Shown here: piece by piece, positions 54,519 through 63,315 of the stretch | Layout: the number at the start of each line of letters is the position of its first letter | Numbering within the stretch: the first letter of the stretch is position 1 | NCBI GenBank assembly: GCA_963754925.1 | Contig: CAVWHX010000004.1 | Location: 160,001 to 224,000, forward strand | Reading direction: 5' to 3' | DNA length: 64,000 bases | Source: an uncultured delta proteobacterium | Lineage (GTDB): Bacteria > Myxococcota > B64-G9 | Notes under the pieces: model-generated | The model's database searches: none | Seen by the model: the letters and a program-made list of their open reading frames with translations, nothing else | What the model was told of the DNA's origin: nothing | Program-made: the position numbers and the translations under genes

Positions 54519-55490
54519 GTGATTTTCTTGGAGACTTCGGTGAACCAAAATCCGGTACCCATAGCCGTCGTAGGCGTCGGTTATTTTGGGTCGTTGCATT
54601 GCGATAAACTGGCCGCTCTGCAAAACGCGAAGTTAACGGCAGTTGTCGATCTAGACCGCCAACGAGCCCGTGAGACGGCGGCTCGTTTCAAGACCGCGGC
54701 ATGGTCGTCCCATCGTGACCTCATCGGTCGGGTTCAAGGAGCGATTATCGCGACACCTGCCTCAACCCACTATTCCATTGCGGCTGATTTGCTCTCGGCT
54801 GGGATGGATGTTTTTGTCGAGAAGCCGTTTACCACCAAGCTCTCTGAAGCCGAACAGCTCTGTCGTCTCGCTGCCGAGCGATCCGCGATATTACAGGTTG
54901 GCCATATTGAACGCTACAATCCGACCGTTGCCGCTGCGTTGCAATTGATCAGCGCGCCGCGCTATGTTCATTTTGAACGGTCCGGACCATACCCCAATCG
55001 AAGTCAGGATACCCATGTTGTCTTTGATATCATGACGCACGATCTGGATTTGTTGCTCCAAATCGCGCATGCGCCGCTCGCGTCGTGCTCGGCAGTCGGT
55101 TTTTCGGTGGTGACTAACTATTTAGACCTGGTATGCGCCCAGTTTGCATTCGAGGACGGGTTAGCGGCCGAATTGATAGCCTCTCGCGTTGGCCCGCACA
55201 AAAGGCGCGCATTCAAAGTCCTGGACGCCGATGGGTGGCTCGAAGCAGACCTCATGGGCGGCCAGATCAAGCGAAGCCCGATCCGGGAGGGTCCCCGGAG
55301 CGCTCAGACGTTCAACGTGTCGGCATCCGATCCACTGCTTCTGCAGGATCGCGCCTTCGTTGAGTCGCTTCTCAGTCGCCGACCACCGCTGGCGGATGGC
55401 GTTACGGGAACATCAGTGGTGGCGTTGGCCGAGCGCGTGGTGGCCAGCGCGCAGTCGAACGCATCCCCGGTTATTCTTGAGGGCCGCTAA
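54519..55490 (+). CDS. Gfo/Idh/MocA oxidoreductase
   Basis: VVGVGYFG, VEKP, VGHIERYNP, DIMTHDLD. Confidence 0.9.
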   Translation: MIFLETSVNQNPVPIAVVGVGYFGSLHCDKLAALQNAKLTAVVDLDRQRARETAARFKTAAWSSHRDLIGRVQGAIIATPASTHYSIAADLLSAGMDVFVEKPFTTKLSEAEQLCRLAAERSAILQVGHIERYNPTVAAALQLISAPRYVHFERSGPYPNRSQDTHVVFDIMTHDLDLLLQIAHAPLASCSAVGFSVVTNYLDLVCAQFAFEDGLAAELIASRVGPHKRRAFKVLDADGWLEADLMGGQIKRSPIREGPRSAQTFNVSASDPLLLQDRAFVESLLSRRPPLADGVTGTSVVALAERVVASAQSNASPVILEGR

Positions 55491-56103
55491 GAATAATTTT
55501 TGCCCAGGTTGGCAACCGTTTTGCGTGCCAGACCAATTTTCCTTGCTCAAAATTTGCGAGGTGTCGGTACGGAGTGTCAAAGAAGCTGTTATCGAAGAGG
55601 TACAGTTTGTCGACGATGCCGATAGCCGCGCGGAGATTATTCAACGATCGTGAGAATCGCTCTCTGATTTTATCATCGGGGACATCATGCCCCCCGTCTT
55701 CCACTCGCTGGTACACGCGGGCGATGCACATCTCCGGGTCTTCAACACAGATAAAGACCAAAAAGATTGTATACCCGCGCCGCTGGGCGTTTTTCAGAAA
55801 TTCAATTTTATCCCCCTGTTGATCGGAGAACACCGTCTCCATACAAAATGATCTGCCCGCCTTAACAAAATTGTGCCGCCTGCGATCGGCGGCCTTCGCG
55901 GCGATATAGGCCGCGGCCGCCGGATTGGAAGGATTCATCTCCCGAGCAATCGTATCGGCACTCACAAAAGGCAGTCCGAGGGCGGTAAGATACTCTTCAT
56001 AAAAGGTCGACTTGCCCGAACCATTGGGACCAGCCAGCACAACCATTATTCTGGGGTTTCGGAAAGCGGGCTTTTGCATTTTTTCACGGCGCGCACAACT
56101 CAC
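55471..56103 (-). CDS. Zeta-toxin-like P-loop protein
   Basis: AGPNGSGKST, SAD.IA, METVFS, RV..GGHDVP, FDNS. Confidence 0.85.
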   Translation of the reverse strand: MSCARREKMQKPAFRNPRIMVVLAGPNGSGKSTFYEEYLTALGLPFVSADTIAREMNPSNPAAAAYIAAKAADRRRHNFVKAGRSFCMETVFSDQQGDKIEFLKNAQRRGYTIFLVFICVEDPEMCIARVYQRVEDGGHDVPDDKIRERFSRSLNNLRAAIGIVDKLYLFDNSFFDTPYRHLANFEQGKLVWHAKRLPTWAKIILSGPQE

Positions 56104-56525
56104 GAGATAGCGAGAGCTTTTTTCTTCGCGGCAGGAATGAAACGCCTATTCTTTATGTGACCCGGCGTTCGGGTGCCGTCGGGATCGATCTTCACCAGCA
56201 TTCCCGGAAACTGAGGATCGATACTATAGATGGGCTTTCCTGAGGATTGAATTCTTTCTTTGAGATTTGATCGGTCGGTCGATGCGGCGATTTGATCGAG
56301 TATCGCGAGAATCTGCTCTCGCTTGGTTGGGTTTGTAAACGCCTGCTTCAGATTCCCCTCATGCTGCTTGAGATCGAGCAGGTCGTTGTGCATAAGCGCC
56401 GCTTCAACAGCGCGTCCGAGCGTCGCCCAATGTTCGATCTGAGCGGTGATGGAACGGTCCGTCGTTTTGGCCTCGACCCGAGCCGCGCTCACCAAATTGT
56501 CAGATAACTTAACCGGCATTCCCAT
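56100..56525 (-). CDS. ParD-like antitoxin
   Basis: PVKLSD.LV..AR...RSITAQIEHWA.LGRAVE; GTGA overlap with the downstream gene. Confidence 0.85.
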   Translation of the reverse strand: MGMPVKLSDNLVSAARVEAKTTDRSITAQIEHWATLGRAVEAALMHNDLLDLKQHEGNLKQAFTNPTKREQILAILDQIAASTDRSNLKERIQSSGKPIYSIDPQFPGMLVKIDPDGTRTPGHIKNRRFIPAAKKKALAIS

Positions 56526-56552
56526 AAGCGTCTCCGGAAAACCTATGAAAGA

Positions 56553-56630
56553 TCGCTTCGTTCAGGACTAACCTCTAGTCCCCTCCGGGGACAAGACACT
56601 GTAATTCCCTTCGGTCATAACAGTGTCTAG
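56553..56630 (-). repeat. Hairpin repeat related to 61610-61700
   Basis: Minus strand TAGACACTGTTA..TTACAGTGTCTTGTCCCCGGAGGGGACTAGAG aligns with TAGAGACTGTTA..TTACAGTCTCTTATCCCCGTAGGGGATTAGAG. Confidence 0.8.
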
Positions 56631-56663
56631 TAGCATTTTACTACCTGTGAAATAAGAGGTCAA
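56630..56663 (-). promoter_or_regulatory. Sigma70 promoter and operator of the TA pair
   Basis: TTGACC-17bp-TAAAAT; palindrome GTAG-TAAAATG-CTAC over the -10 box. Confidence 0.7.
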
Positions 56664-56697
56664 GAGCGATTATTGCTTTTATCGACTCTTAATCTGA

Positions 56698-58320
56698 TTA
56701 GAATTCAGCCCCCCACTGTAGGCCAATAACGGAGTTTCCATCGGTTCCGCCGAAAAGTGGAGAAAACCCCCTCAAGGCGAGGGGCGTCGCAGGCGATTTG
56801 TAGGTAAGGTCAAGGATTATACCGGTTATTATAGCACCTGCGCCGACTGCATATAGGCCGATAGCGACACCCAACAAGGTATTCGCCTTTGTCAGCTTTT
56901 CATGTTTACTCGGATTGTAACTATCCGCGTTGGCGTCCGATCGAATCGATTCAGAAGCAATCGTCGCCCCTACGCCGCCCCCCACGAACGCGGCCCCGGC
57001 CGCCGCCCACCAATACCACCGTCGATACCACGGTTTTACCTGTTTTTGCACTTTGGCGGAAGCTTGGGCGGTCGTCAATTCTGGTCTCGGTTTTTGAGCG
57101 GGCGTCACCGGAGACATGGCAACCGGCGGTTGCGGCTCTTTCTTCGTCCGCACGTCCTCTACGGTGCCGCGCGCCTTCCCCGTGACAACAAAAAAAGCCA
57201 GATTCTGGATATCATCGCTGGTCAATAGTGCGGTAGCGCCCCTGGTTTCTACTTCGGCCTCTCGGTTAACGCTTCCCGTCGAAAGGTCCACGACACCGAC
57301 CCTGGCTGTGCCGCCTTCCTTGTCTACCGTTTGTATCACGGTGATAAGGCTGTTGGTGCCGAGCTTGTTGCTCAGCGCAGGCAGTAGCGATGGTGGAATA
57401 TAGGTTTCATTTTTTGGCAATTTCAATGCTGGATACGCCGCCGACAAATCTATGGCTTGCTCGAGGGCGATATTCGCCTTTACGACCATTCCCTTGGCCC
57501 CGACATTGACCCATAGAGACATCTTTCCGGCGCTTGGGTGCACTAACTGAAGATGGTATTTCCCCTGAATGAAATCGCCGGAAAACGGTGTCTTGCCGAA
57601 CGACACACCGTCTAACACGACCTCGGCGTCGGCGGGATCGCTCTCGACCGTAAGCTTTCCCTTCTTCATGGTCTTGATTTTTTTTCGGGCTTTCTCGAGC
57701 ATCTCCATCTCTTGAGATGCAGAAGATTCAGAAAGCTTCAACTCCGGCCGGGTGCGTAACAGTTTTAGGTATGTCTCCATCCATTCATTGGTGCTGGGTG
57801 CGCCCCGCTCGTGAAAACCAATCATCCACCACTGCACCATGCCGAGGTAACAGGTTGCCAATTCATACATCTTCCAGCGGGCCACGCTGGGATTGGTCCT
57901 TTCCAAATCACTCAGAAGTTTTTTTAGGATGTTCAGCCGATCGGGATTGGTCAGGCTGTTGGGGTCGTCCGAACTGCTGTCGGTAAAGATGGCTTGATGA
58001 ATGCTTCTTTTCCAACCGTCGATATCCTCCGCGAAGCTTTCATCCGGTCGATCGAGGGTGAGGATCTCTCTGGTTTTGTTTATGGGGACAAGGGTTGTGC
58101 GGGGATACATGCGCAACGCATCCTGAAAACCGGATAAAAACTTCTCGACATCCGGCGCCGGCTGCTGATCCTTCGGATGCAACACCAACAATGCAGCCGG
58201 GCCCTTTATTAGCTCTCTCTCTTGGGATTGGGCAACCCTCGGTGTGAAGAAACCAACGCTTGCCTCCCCAATCGCAAGGAAGCAAAAAACTACACGATAC
58301 GATGAAGTGAGTGTTTTCAT
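56698..58320 (-). CDS. PEGA domain membrane protein
   Basis: LTVESDPADAEVVLDG..GKTP, PWYRRWYWW and C-terminal hydrophobic helices. Confidence 0.82.
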   Translation of the reverse strand: MKTLTSSYRVVFCFLAIGEASVGFFTPRVAQSQERELIKGPAALLVLHPKDQQPAPDVEKFLSGFQDALRMYPRTTLVPINKTREILTLDRPDESFAEDIDGWKRSIHQAIFTDSSSDDPNSLTNPDRLNILKKLLSDLERTNPSVARWKMYELATCYLGMVQWWMIGFHERGAPSTNEWMETYLKLLRTRPELKLSESSASQEMEMLEKARKKIKTMKKGKLTVESDPADAEVVLDGVSFGKTPFSGDFIQGKYHLQLVHPSAGKMSLWVNVGAKGMVVKANIALEQAIDLSAAYPALKLPKNETYIPPSLLPALSNKLGTNSLITVIQTVDKEGGTARVGVVDLSTGSVNREAEVETRGATALLTSDDIQNLAFFVVTGKARGTVEDVRTKKEPQPPVAMSPVTPAQKPRPELTTAQASAKVQKQVKPWYRRWYWWAAAGAAFVGGGVGATIASESIRSDANADSYNPSKHEKLTKANTLLGVAIGLYAVGAGAIITGIILDLTYKSPATPLALRGFSPLFGGTDGNSVIGLQWGAEF

Positions 58321-60134
58321 TCGAGCACGAATCTCTGTCTCGTGATTTTCCCGGGGTTAATGGTGACTTTCACCAACCGGGTTTTATCTTTGTTGTTTTT
58401 GTCCACCAACCGGAGGGTATAGTCCCCGGCCGGCAGGGCAATGTCCAACATCGTCGACCCTAAGAGCTTATTGCCCTGGTAAACCAAGCTCGGCGGTATC
58501 GTGATTATCTGCAGCTGGCCTTTACGGGGAGCGAGAGCGACCAGTTCTTTATCAGAACGTTCGGGAGGTTTCGTATTTGGTTCCAAACGCTGCACGGCAC
58601 TATTCGGTTTTTGGGTCGTCGCAGCATAGATGCTTGCATCTGTTTTTGTATTTGAAGAATCTATGGTGGATGCGCCGATCGCCCGGTCATTGTTGACCGG
58701 GCCCGAAACGACAGGCTCTCGCGTGCGTATTTCAGGAGGGGACGGCGGCGGGGTAGGTTGTGGTTTCGGCCTATTCGGCACGGGTACCGGCGGTGTGGGA
58801 GCATCAATGGAGGCTGTCGCCGCGGGGCGCGGTTCTTCCTTAGGGGGCACCACAGCAACGATAGCTTCTTTGACCGGCGCGGTAACCGACGAATCACGGC
58901 TCTTGTATTGATCCCATATCTTGTATCCACCTATCCCCATCGCGACCCCGCCGCAACAAATGGCAAGGCCGATCAGTGTCAACTTTTTGATGCTCCACCG
59001 TTTTGCTACAGTATTTAACTGTTCTTCACTTAACAGTACGGTCTCTTTTATGGCAGCACTCTGTTGGCTGGGTGATGATTGAGAAACGGTACGTTGAGCA
59101 TAGGCATCGAACTCGTTGCCGGCGGGCGTTATGGTAGCGCGTTCAAACCATTCCTGTGCCTGATCTGAGACTGTTTTATGTACGTCCAAAACTTGGGTGT
59201 CCAGCGCATCCGGTAGGCCCGAAAAAAGCTCGCGATAGAGATTGGATAGCAGCGTCCCCCGTTGAACATTCGGATATAAGCCCAGTATGTTTTCTGCTTG
59301 CCTCATCACCGCGCTTGCCGAACCGATGCGTTTATCAGGATTGCGCTCCAGCAGCCCTTTCAGCAACTCGTCAACCTCCGCGCCAACATCGACGTTAAAC
59401 GAGGAGGCTGGTTTGACGGGTGAGTTGTGGAGGTTATACAAAATAACCTGATCGCTGTCCCCGGTGAACAACCGCTGGCCGGCAAGCAATTCCCACAAAA
59501 CACAACCGAGCGCGAAGATGTCGGATCGTCGGTCCACCTGCTCGCCGCGCGCTTGCTCGGGCGACATATAGCCGACTTTGCCCTTGACCAAGCCGGCTTT
59601 CGTGTGCGACGAAGCCGTGGCGAGCTTAGCTATACCAAAATCCGTAATTTTTACTTCGCCAGCGCTTGAAAGAATTATGTTGTGGGGGCTCACGTCGCGA
59701 TGAACTATCTCCGGCACGCCCTGACGAAGCTCGCCATGCGCAAAGGCCAGCCCCTTGCATATCTCCACCCCAATCATCAAGACTTCCGGGACCGCAAGCT
59801 TGCGATTGATGTCGCGACATCGCAAGAGCATTTGGCGCAAATCGCGTCCGTCCACGAGCTCCATAACGATGCAGTATCTGCCCTCGATCTGATTGAATTC
59901 GTAAATCCTTACAATGTTGGCATGGTCGAGCCGAGCCGATAGGCTTGCCTCCTGCATAAACATCTGGACGAACTCGGGATCGTTTGAAAAGTTCGGCAGG
60001 ATAAGCTTTATTGCGACATTCTTCTCAAATCCTCCTGGTCCGGCAAACCGAGCGCGAAACACTTCCGCCATGCCCCCGCCGCCGAGTCGCCCCGTAAGAA
60101 CATACTTGCCAAACTGCTTCTCCACGTTCGTCAC
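58317..60134 (-). CDS. Membrane Ser/Thr protein kinase with C-terminal PEGA-like domain
   Basis: LGGGGMAEVF, VAIK, HRDVSPHN, DFG, YMSPEQ, TM, Pro-rich linker; GTG start preceded by GGAG. Confidence 0.93.
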   Translation of the reverse strand: MTNVEKQFGKYVLTGRLGGGGMAEVFRARFAGPGGFEKNVAIKLILPNFSNDPEFVQMFMQEASLSARLDHANIVRIYEFNQIEGRYCIVMELVDGRDLRQMLLRCRDINRKLAVPEVLMIGVEICKGLAFAHGELRQGVPEIVHRDVSPHNIILSSAGEVKITDFGIAKLATASSHTKAGLVKGKVGYMSPEQARGEQVDRRSDIFALGCVLWELLAGQRLFTGDSDQVILYNLHNSPVKPASSFNVDVGAEVDELLKGLLERNPDKRIGSASAVMRQAENILGLYPNVQRGTLLSNLYRELFSGLPDALDTQVLDVHKTVSDQAQEWFERATITPAGNEFDAYAQRTVSQSSPSQQSAAIKETVLLSEEQLNTVAKRWSIKKLTLIGLAICCGGVAMGIGGYKIWDQYKSRDSSVTAPVKEAIVAVVPPKEEPRPAATASIDAPTPPVPVPNRPKPQPTPPPSPPEIRTREPVVSGPVNNDRAIGASTIDSSNTKTDASIYAATTQKPNSAVQRLEPNTKPPERSDKELVALAPRKGQLQIITIPPSLVYQGNKLLGSTMLDIALPAGDYTLRLVDKNNKDKTRLVKVTINPGKITRQRFVLE

Positions 60135-60508
60135 CGCTCCATAGCGGCACTCTACGGCCGCAACTGGCACACCTGCGCAACTCAGCTCTATCTCATTGAT
60201 ACTCGCCCTCGAACCAATTGCTGACTCGGGGCGAGAATAGGGACATGCTCCAATCAAAGTCCATTGAATTTTAGCATGTCTCTAGGCAAATCGAAAAACT
60301 TTTACCTCACCCTGAGCCGTTGGAAAACGCTGCTCGTCAGCTTCTTCCAACGAGAGCCCGATTGCAAGATATTGATAATCACGGTAATAGTTTATTTCCT
60401 GGTTGAGGGGAAATCCCTTTTCCCGCGGTCAGGAGAAGGTTTACTCTTATCTCCCTCTCCCGTCGAGAGAGGGAAAAAGCGGATAATATAGTATAAGGAG
60501 TCTTTTGA

Positions 60509-61612
60509 TTGACAACAGCGCCTTCGATTCTGGTCATAGCCGGTGAAGCCTCGGCGGATGTACACGCTGCCAAGGTGATAGCTCGTCTGCGGCTCATACA
60601 CCCATCGATCAACGTCTTTGGGATCGGCGGACCTCATTTGCTGTCCCAAGGAACTAATGCCGTCGTCGATGCGTCGGCCCTGAGGGTCGTGGGCATAAGC
60701 GAGGTGCTGCGAGGCCTCGGCCGCATCAAACACATTTTTTCAAGCGTGCTTGAAGAGGTTGATCGGCGCAAACCACAAGTGGCGCTCCTCGTGGACCTTC
60801 CCGACTTCAATCTCCGTCTCGCCACGGCGCTCAAGCGTCGTGCAATCCCGGTTGTGTATTACATCGCACCGCAAGCCTGGGCCTGGCGGGAGGGAAGAGT
60901 GCGCACGCTCCGAAGATGTGTGGACCGTCTGTGTGTGGTGTTCCCCTTCGAGCGCGAGTTCTTTGCGCGGCATCAGGTGCCGGTGGAGTTTGTCGGGCAC
61001 CCGCTCACTGAGGAACCGCCTCCGCACGGCATCGCTGATCCGAACCGGGTGGTGCTGCTACCCGGAAGCCGTCCGCGCGAGATCGACCGACTGCTTTCAC
61101 CACTTGCCCAAGCTGCCCGGTTACTGCAGGCAGAGGTCCCCCGGCTGCGCTGGTATCTGCCGGTGGCGCCGGGACTAGATCCGGATCGGATCGCAATGCG
61201 GCTCCGCGCCGAAGAGGTGAAGGTAGAATTCGTCACGGGCGGCGCCGGCGCCGCCTTGGCGGGCGCCCGGCTCGCGCTGACTAAGTCAGGTACCGCTACC
61301 GTTGAAGCGGCTCTGGCCGGTGTGCCGATGGTTGTCGTATACAAAGTGTCACGGCTATCCTACGCGCTGCTTCGGCCCCTGGTTAACGTCTCCCATGCGT
61401 GCATGGTTAACATTCTTGCGGGTCGAACGGTGGTGCCTGAACTGCTGCAACATGAGGTGCAGCCGGCGTTAATCGCCAAACAAGCGCTGCCGCTCTTACG
61501 CGATGGAACGGCGCGAGAGCGCGTTCTCGATGGTCTGCGGGCCGTGGGGAATTCACTGGGGACGGGCAGGCCCTCGCGGCGTGTAGCCGAGATCTTGGCA
61601 ACGTACCTTTAG
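60509..61612 (+). CDS. lpxB: Lipid-A-disaccharide synthase
   Basis: AGEASAD, DLPDFN, PQAWAWR, FVGHPL, LLPGSR, SGTATVE. Confidence 0.95.
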   Translation: MTTAPSILVIAGEASADVHAAKVIARLRLIHPSINVFGIGGPHLLSQGTNAVVDASALRVVGISEVLRGLGRIKHIFSSVLEEVDRRKPQVALLVDLPDFNLRLATALKRRAIPVVYYIAPQAWAWREGRVRTLRRCVDRLCVVFPFEREFFARHQVPVEFVGHPLTEEPPPHGIADPNRVVLLPGSRPREIDRLLSPLAQAARLLQAEVPRLRWYLPVAPGLDPDRIAMRLRAEEVKVEFVTGGAGAALAGARLALTKSGTATVEAALAGVPMVVVYKVSRLSYALLRPLVNVSHACMVNILAGRTVVPELLQHEVQPALIAKQALPLLRDGTARERVLDGLRAVGNSLGTGRPSRRVAEILATYL

Positions 61613-61700
61613 AGACTGTTAGCTCACGAAGTGAGCTTACAGTCTCTTATCCCCGTAGGGGATTAGAGATCGAGCAAGAGCCGAGCGAAGCGAGAAGGGA
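61610..61700 (+). repeat. Hairpin repeat downstream of lpxB
   Basis: AGAGACTGTTAGCTCAC-GAA-GTGAGCTTACAGTCTCT, TCCCCGTAGGGGA, CGAGCGAAGCGAG; begins at the lpxB stop codon. Confidence 0.8.
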
Positions 61701-61736
61701 TTAGCCTAGTAAATATTTTTCGACTTATTATTAAGC

Positions 61737-63251
61737 ATGCCGAGGTCTTTCTTGATACAACGTCTGAAGTCGGCTTTCGGGTTAGACGCGAACGGAACAG
61801 AAGCTCACGATGCGCGCTCAAGCGCCCTCGTGATGGTGGTAATCATACTCGCCGTGACCATCCTGCGGGGCCTCTTTGCGGCAGCCGCCGAGCTCAGCCC
61901 GGATGAAGCCTATTACTGGGTGTGGTCGCAGAAGCTCGCGGCTGGCTACTTCGATCATCCACCGACCGTGGCGATGTTGATAACCATGGGAACGACTCTC
62001 TTTGGTAACACCACCCTGGGGGTGCGTTTTGGCGCTTTGGTTTGCGGCGCCCTATCAAGCTGGCTTTTGTTTGTGATTGCTCGGCAGTTGTTGGGAAACA
62101 GCCGTCAGGCATTCTGGTTGACACTTCTGGTGATACTCACACCAATCTGGTCGGTCGGCGCGGTAATCCAGACTCCGGACGCTCCCCTGGTTTTGGCGTG
62201 GCTCATCAGCATCTGGGCAGCCCTCCGCGCCCAGCGCACCAATCGTATGAGTGACTGGGCGGTATTGGGTATGGCGATCGGGTTAGCCACGCTTTCCAAG
62301 CTGACAGGCTTTCTTTTTCTATTCTCGCTCATGCTGTTCTTCGTCGTTTGGCAACGCGGGCGCCAACGCCTCCTGACGCCCGCACCCGTGGTGGTCTTGA
62401 TATGCGTGGCGTGCGTGGTGGCCCCGAATTTGATCTGGAACGCGCAGCATGGGTGGGTCACCTTCATATTTCAAGCTCGTCATGGAACCGCCGGGGCGAT
62501 CGTATCGCCCCGATCCGGCCTTGCGTTCTTCGGCGGACAAATCGGCGTGGTGAGCCCCCTGTTGTGGGTCGGACTCGTTGCCTTCATGGCGACCGGCTGG
62601 CGCCGATCGATCCGTTTCGGACGGCCCGAGGTGTTTTTACTGTGGTGTCTCTCAGCGCCGATGTTTTTTTTCTTTGCGGTCCTTGCGTGGGTTCACCCGG
62701 TGGAGGCAAACTGGCCCGCAACGGCGTACCTTGCAGCCGCACCCGCCACAACCTGGGCATTGACCGGCGGGGTTTGGTTCCTAAAAAGGCAGCGGGCCTG
62801 GACGGTCCTGGCTTTGGTTCTAGCCGGTGTCATGAGTCTGATCATCCACCTGCAAGCACTGTGCCCATTTCTTCCCATCGAACCTGATCGAGATCCGACT
62901 CAGCGTTTGCGCGGCTGGGAAGAATTCGCCGACGAAGTATCAATTGACGCCATGGCGCTGGACGTACCGTTGGCCGCCGAGGGATATGGATTGGTCAGCG
63001 AGTTGCGGTTTTACACCCGTCAATCGGTCATCTATGAGCCCACCGGTCAGCGCCTGTCGCAATATGATCTATGGCCTATGCCCGCGCTGCCGGCGGGGAT
63101 ATTGTTGATCCAACCAAAAAATGCCACGGGAGTGCCCCGGTTGTGCCGGCATGCGCAACACCACTGGCAGCTTGAGAAAGATCCGTCCTCGGGAGCAGCC
63201 AAACGAAAGGACTATGGTTACTGGGTCTGTGGGGGGCTGGTTGGCCATTAG
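61737..63251 (+). CDS. ArnT/GT39-like membrane glycosyltransferase
   Basis: DEAYYW, GYFDHPP, TPDAP, LSK, PNLIWN; multiple TMs. Confidence 0.87.
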   Translation: MPRSFLIQRLKSAFGLDANGTEAHDARSSALVMVVIILAVTILRGLFAAAAELSPDEAYYWVWSQKLAAGYFDHPPTVAMLITMGTTLFGNTTLGVRFGALVCGALSSWLLFVIARQLLGNSRQAFWLTLLVILTPIWSVGAVIQTPDAPLVLAWLISIWAALRAQRTNRMSDWAVLGMAIGLATLSKLTGFLFLFSLMLFFVVWQRGRQRLLTPAPVVVLICVACVVAPNLIWNAQHGWVTFIFQARHGTAGAIVSPRSGLAFFGGQIGVVSPLLWVGLVAFMATGWRRSIRFGRPEVFLLWCLSAPMFFFFAVLAWVHPVEANWPATAYLAAAPATTWALTGGVWFLKRQRAWTVLALVLAGVMSLIIHLQALCPFLPIEPDRDPTQRLRGWEEFADEVSIDAMALDVPLAAEGYGLVSELRFYTRQSVIYEPTGQRLSQYDLWPMPALPAGILLIQPKNATGVPRLCRHAQHHWQLEKDPSSGAAKRKDYGYWVCGGLVGH

Positions 63252-63315
63252 ATACAGCCGCTCTGGTTTTGCCCTCGTAGGTGGTGTACACTGCCCGCCG
63301 GATTGGAGCTGCGTC

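Noticed and set aside
60410..60475. Degenerate CCCTCTCCC-type palindromes upstream of lpxB
   Set aside because: Too decayed to delimit as a repeat copy.
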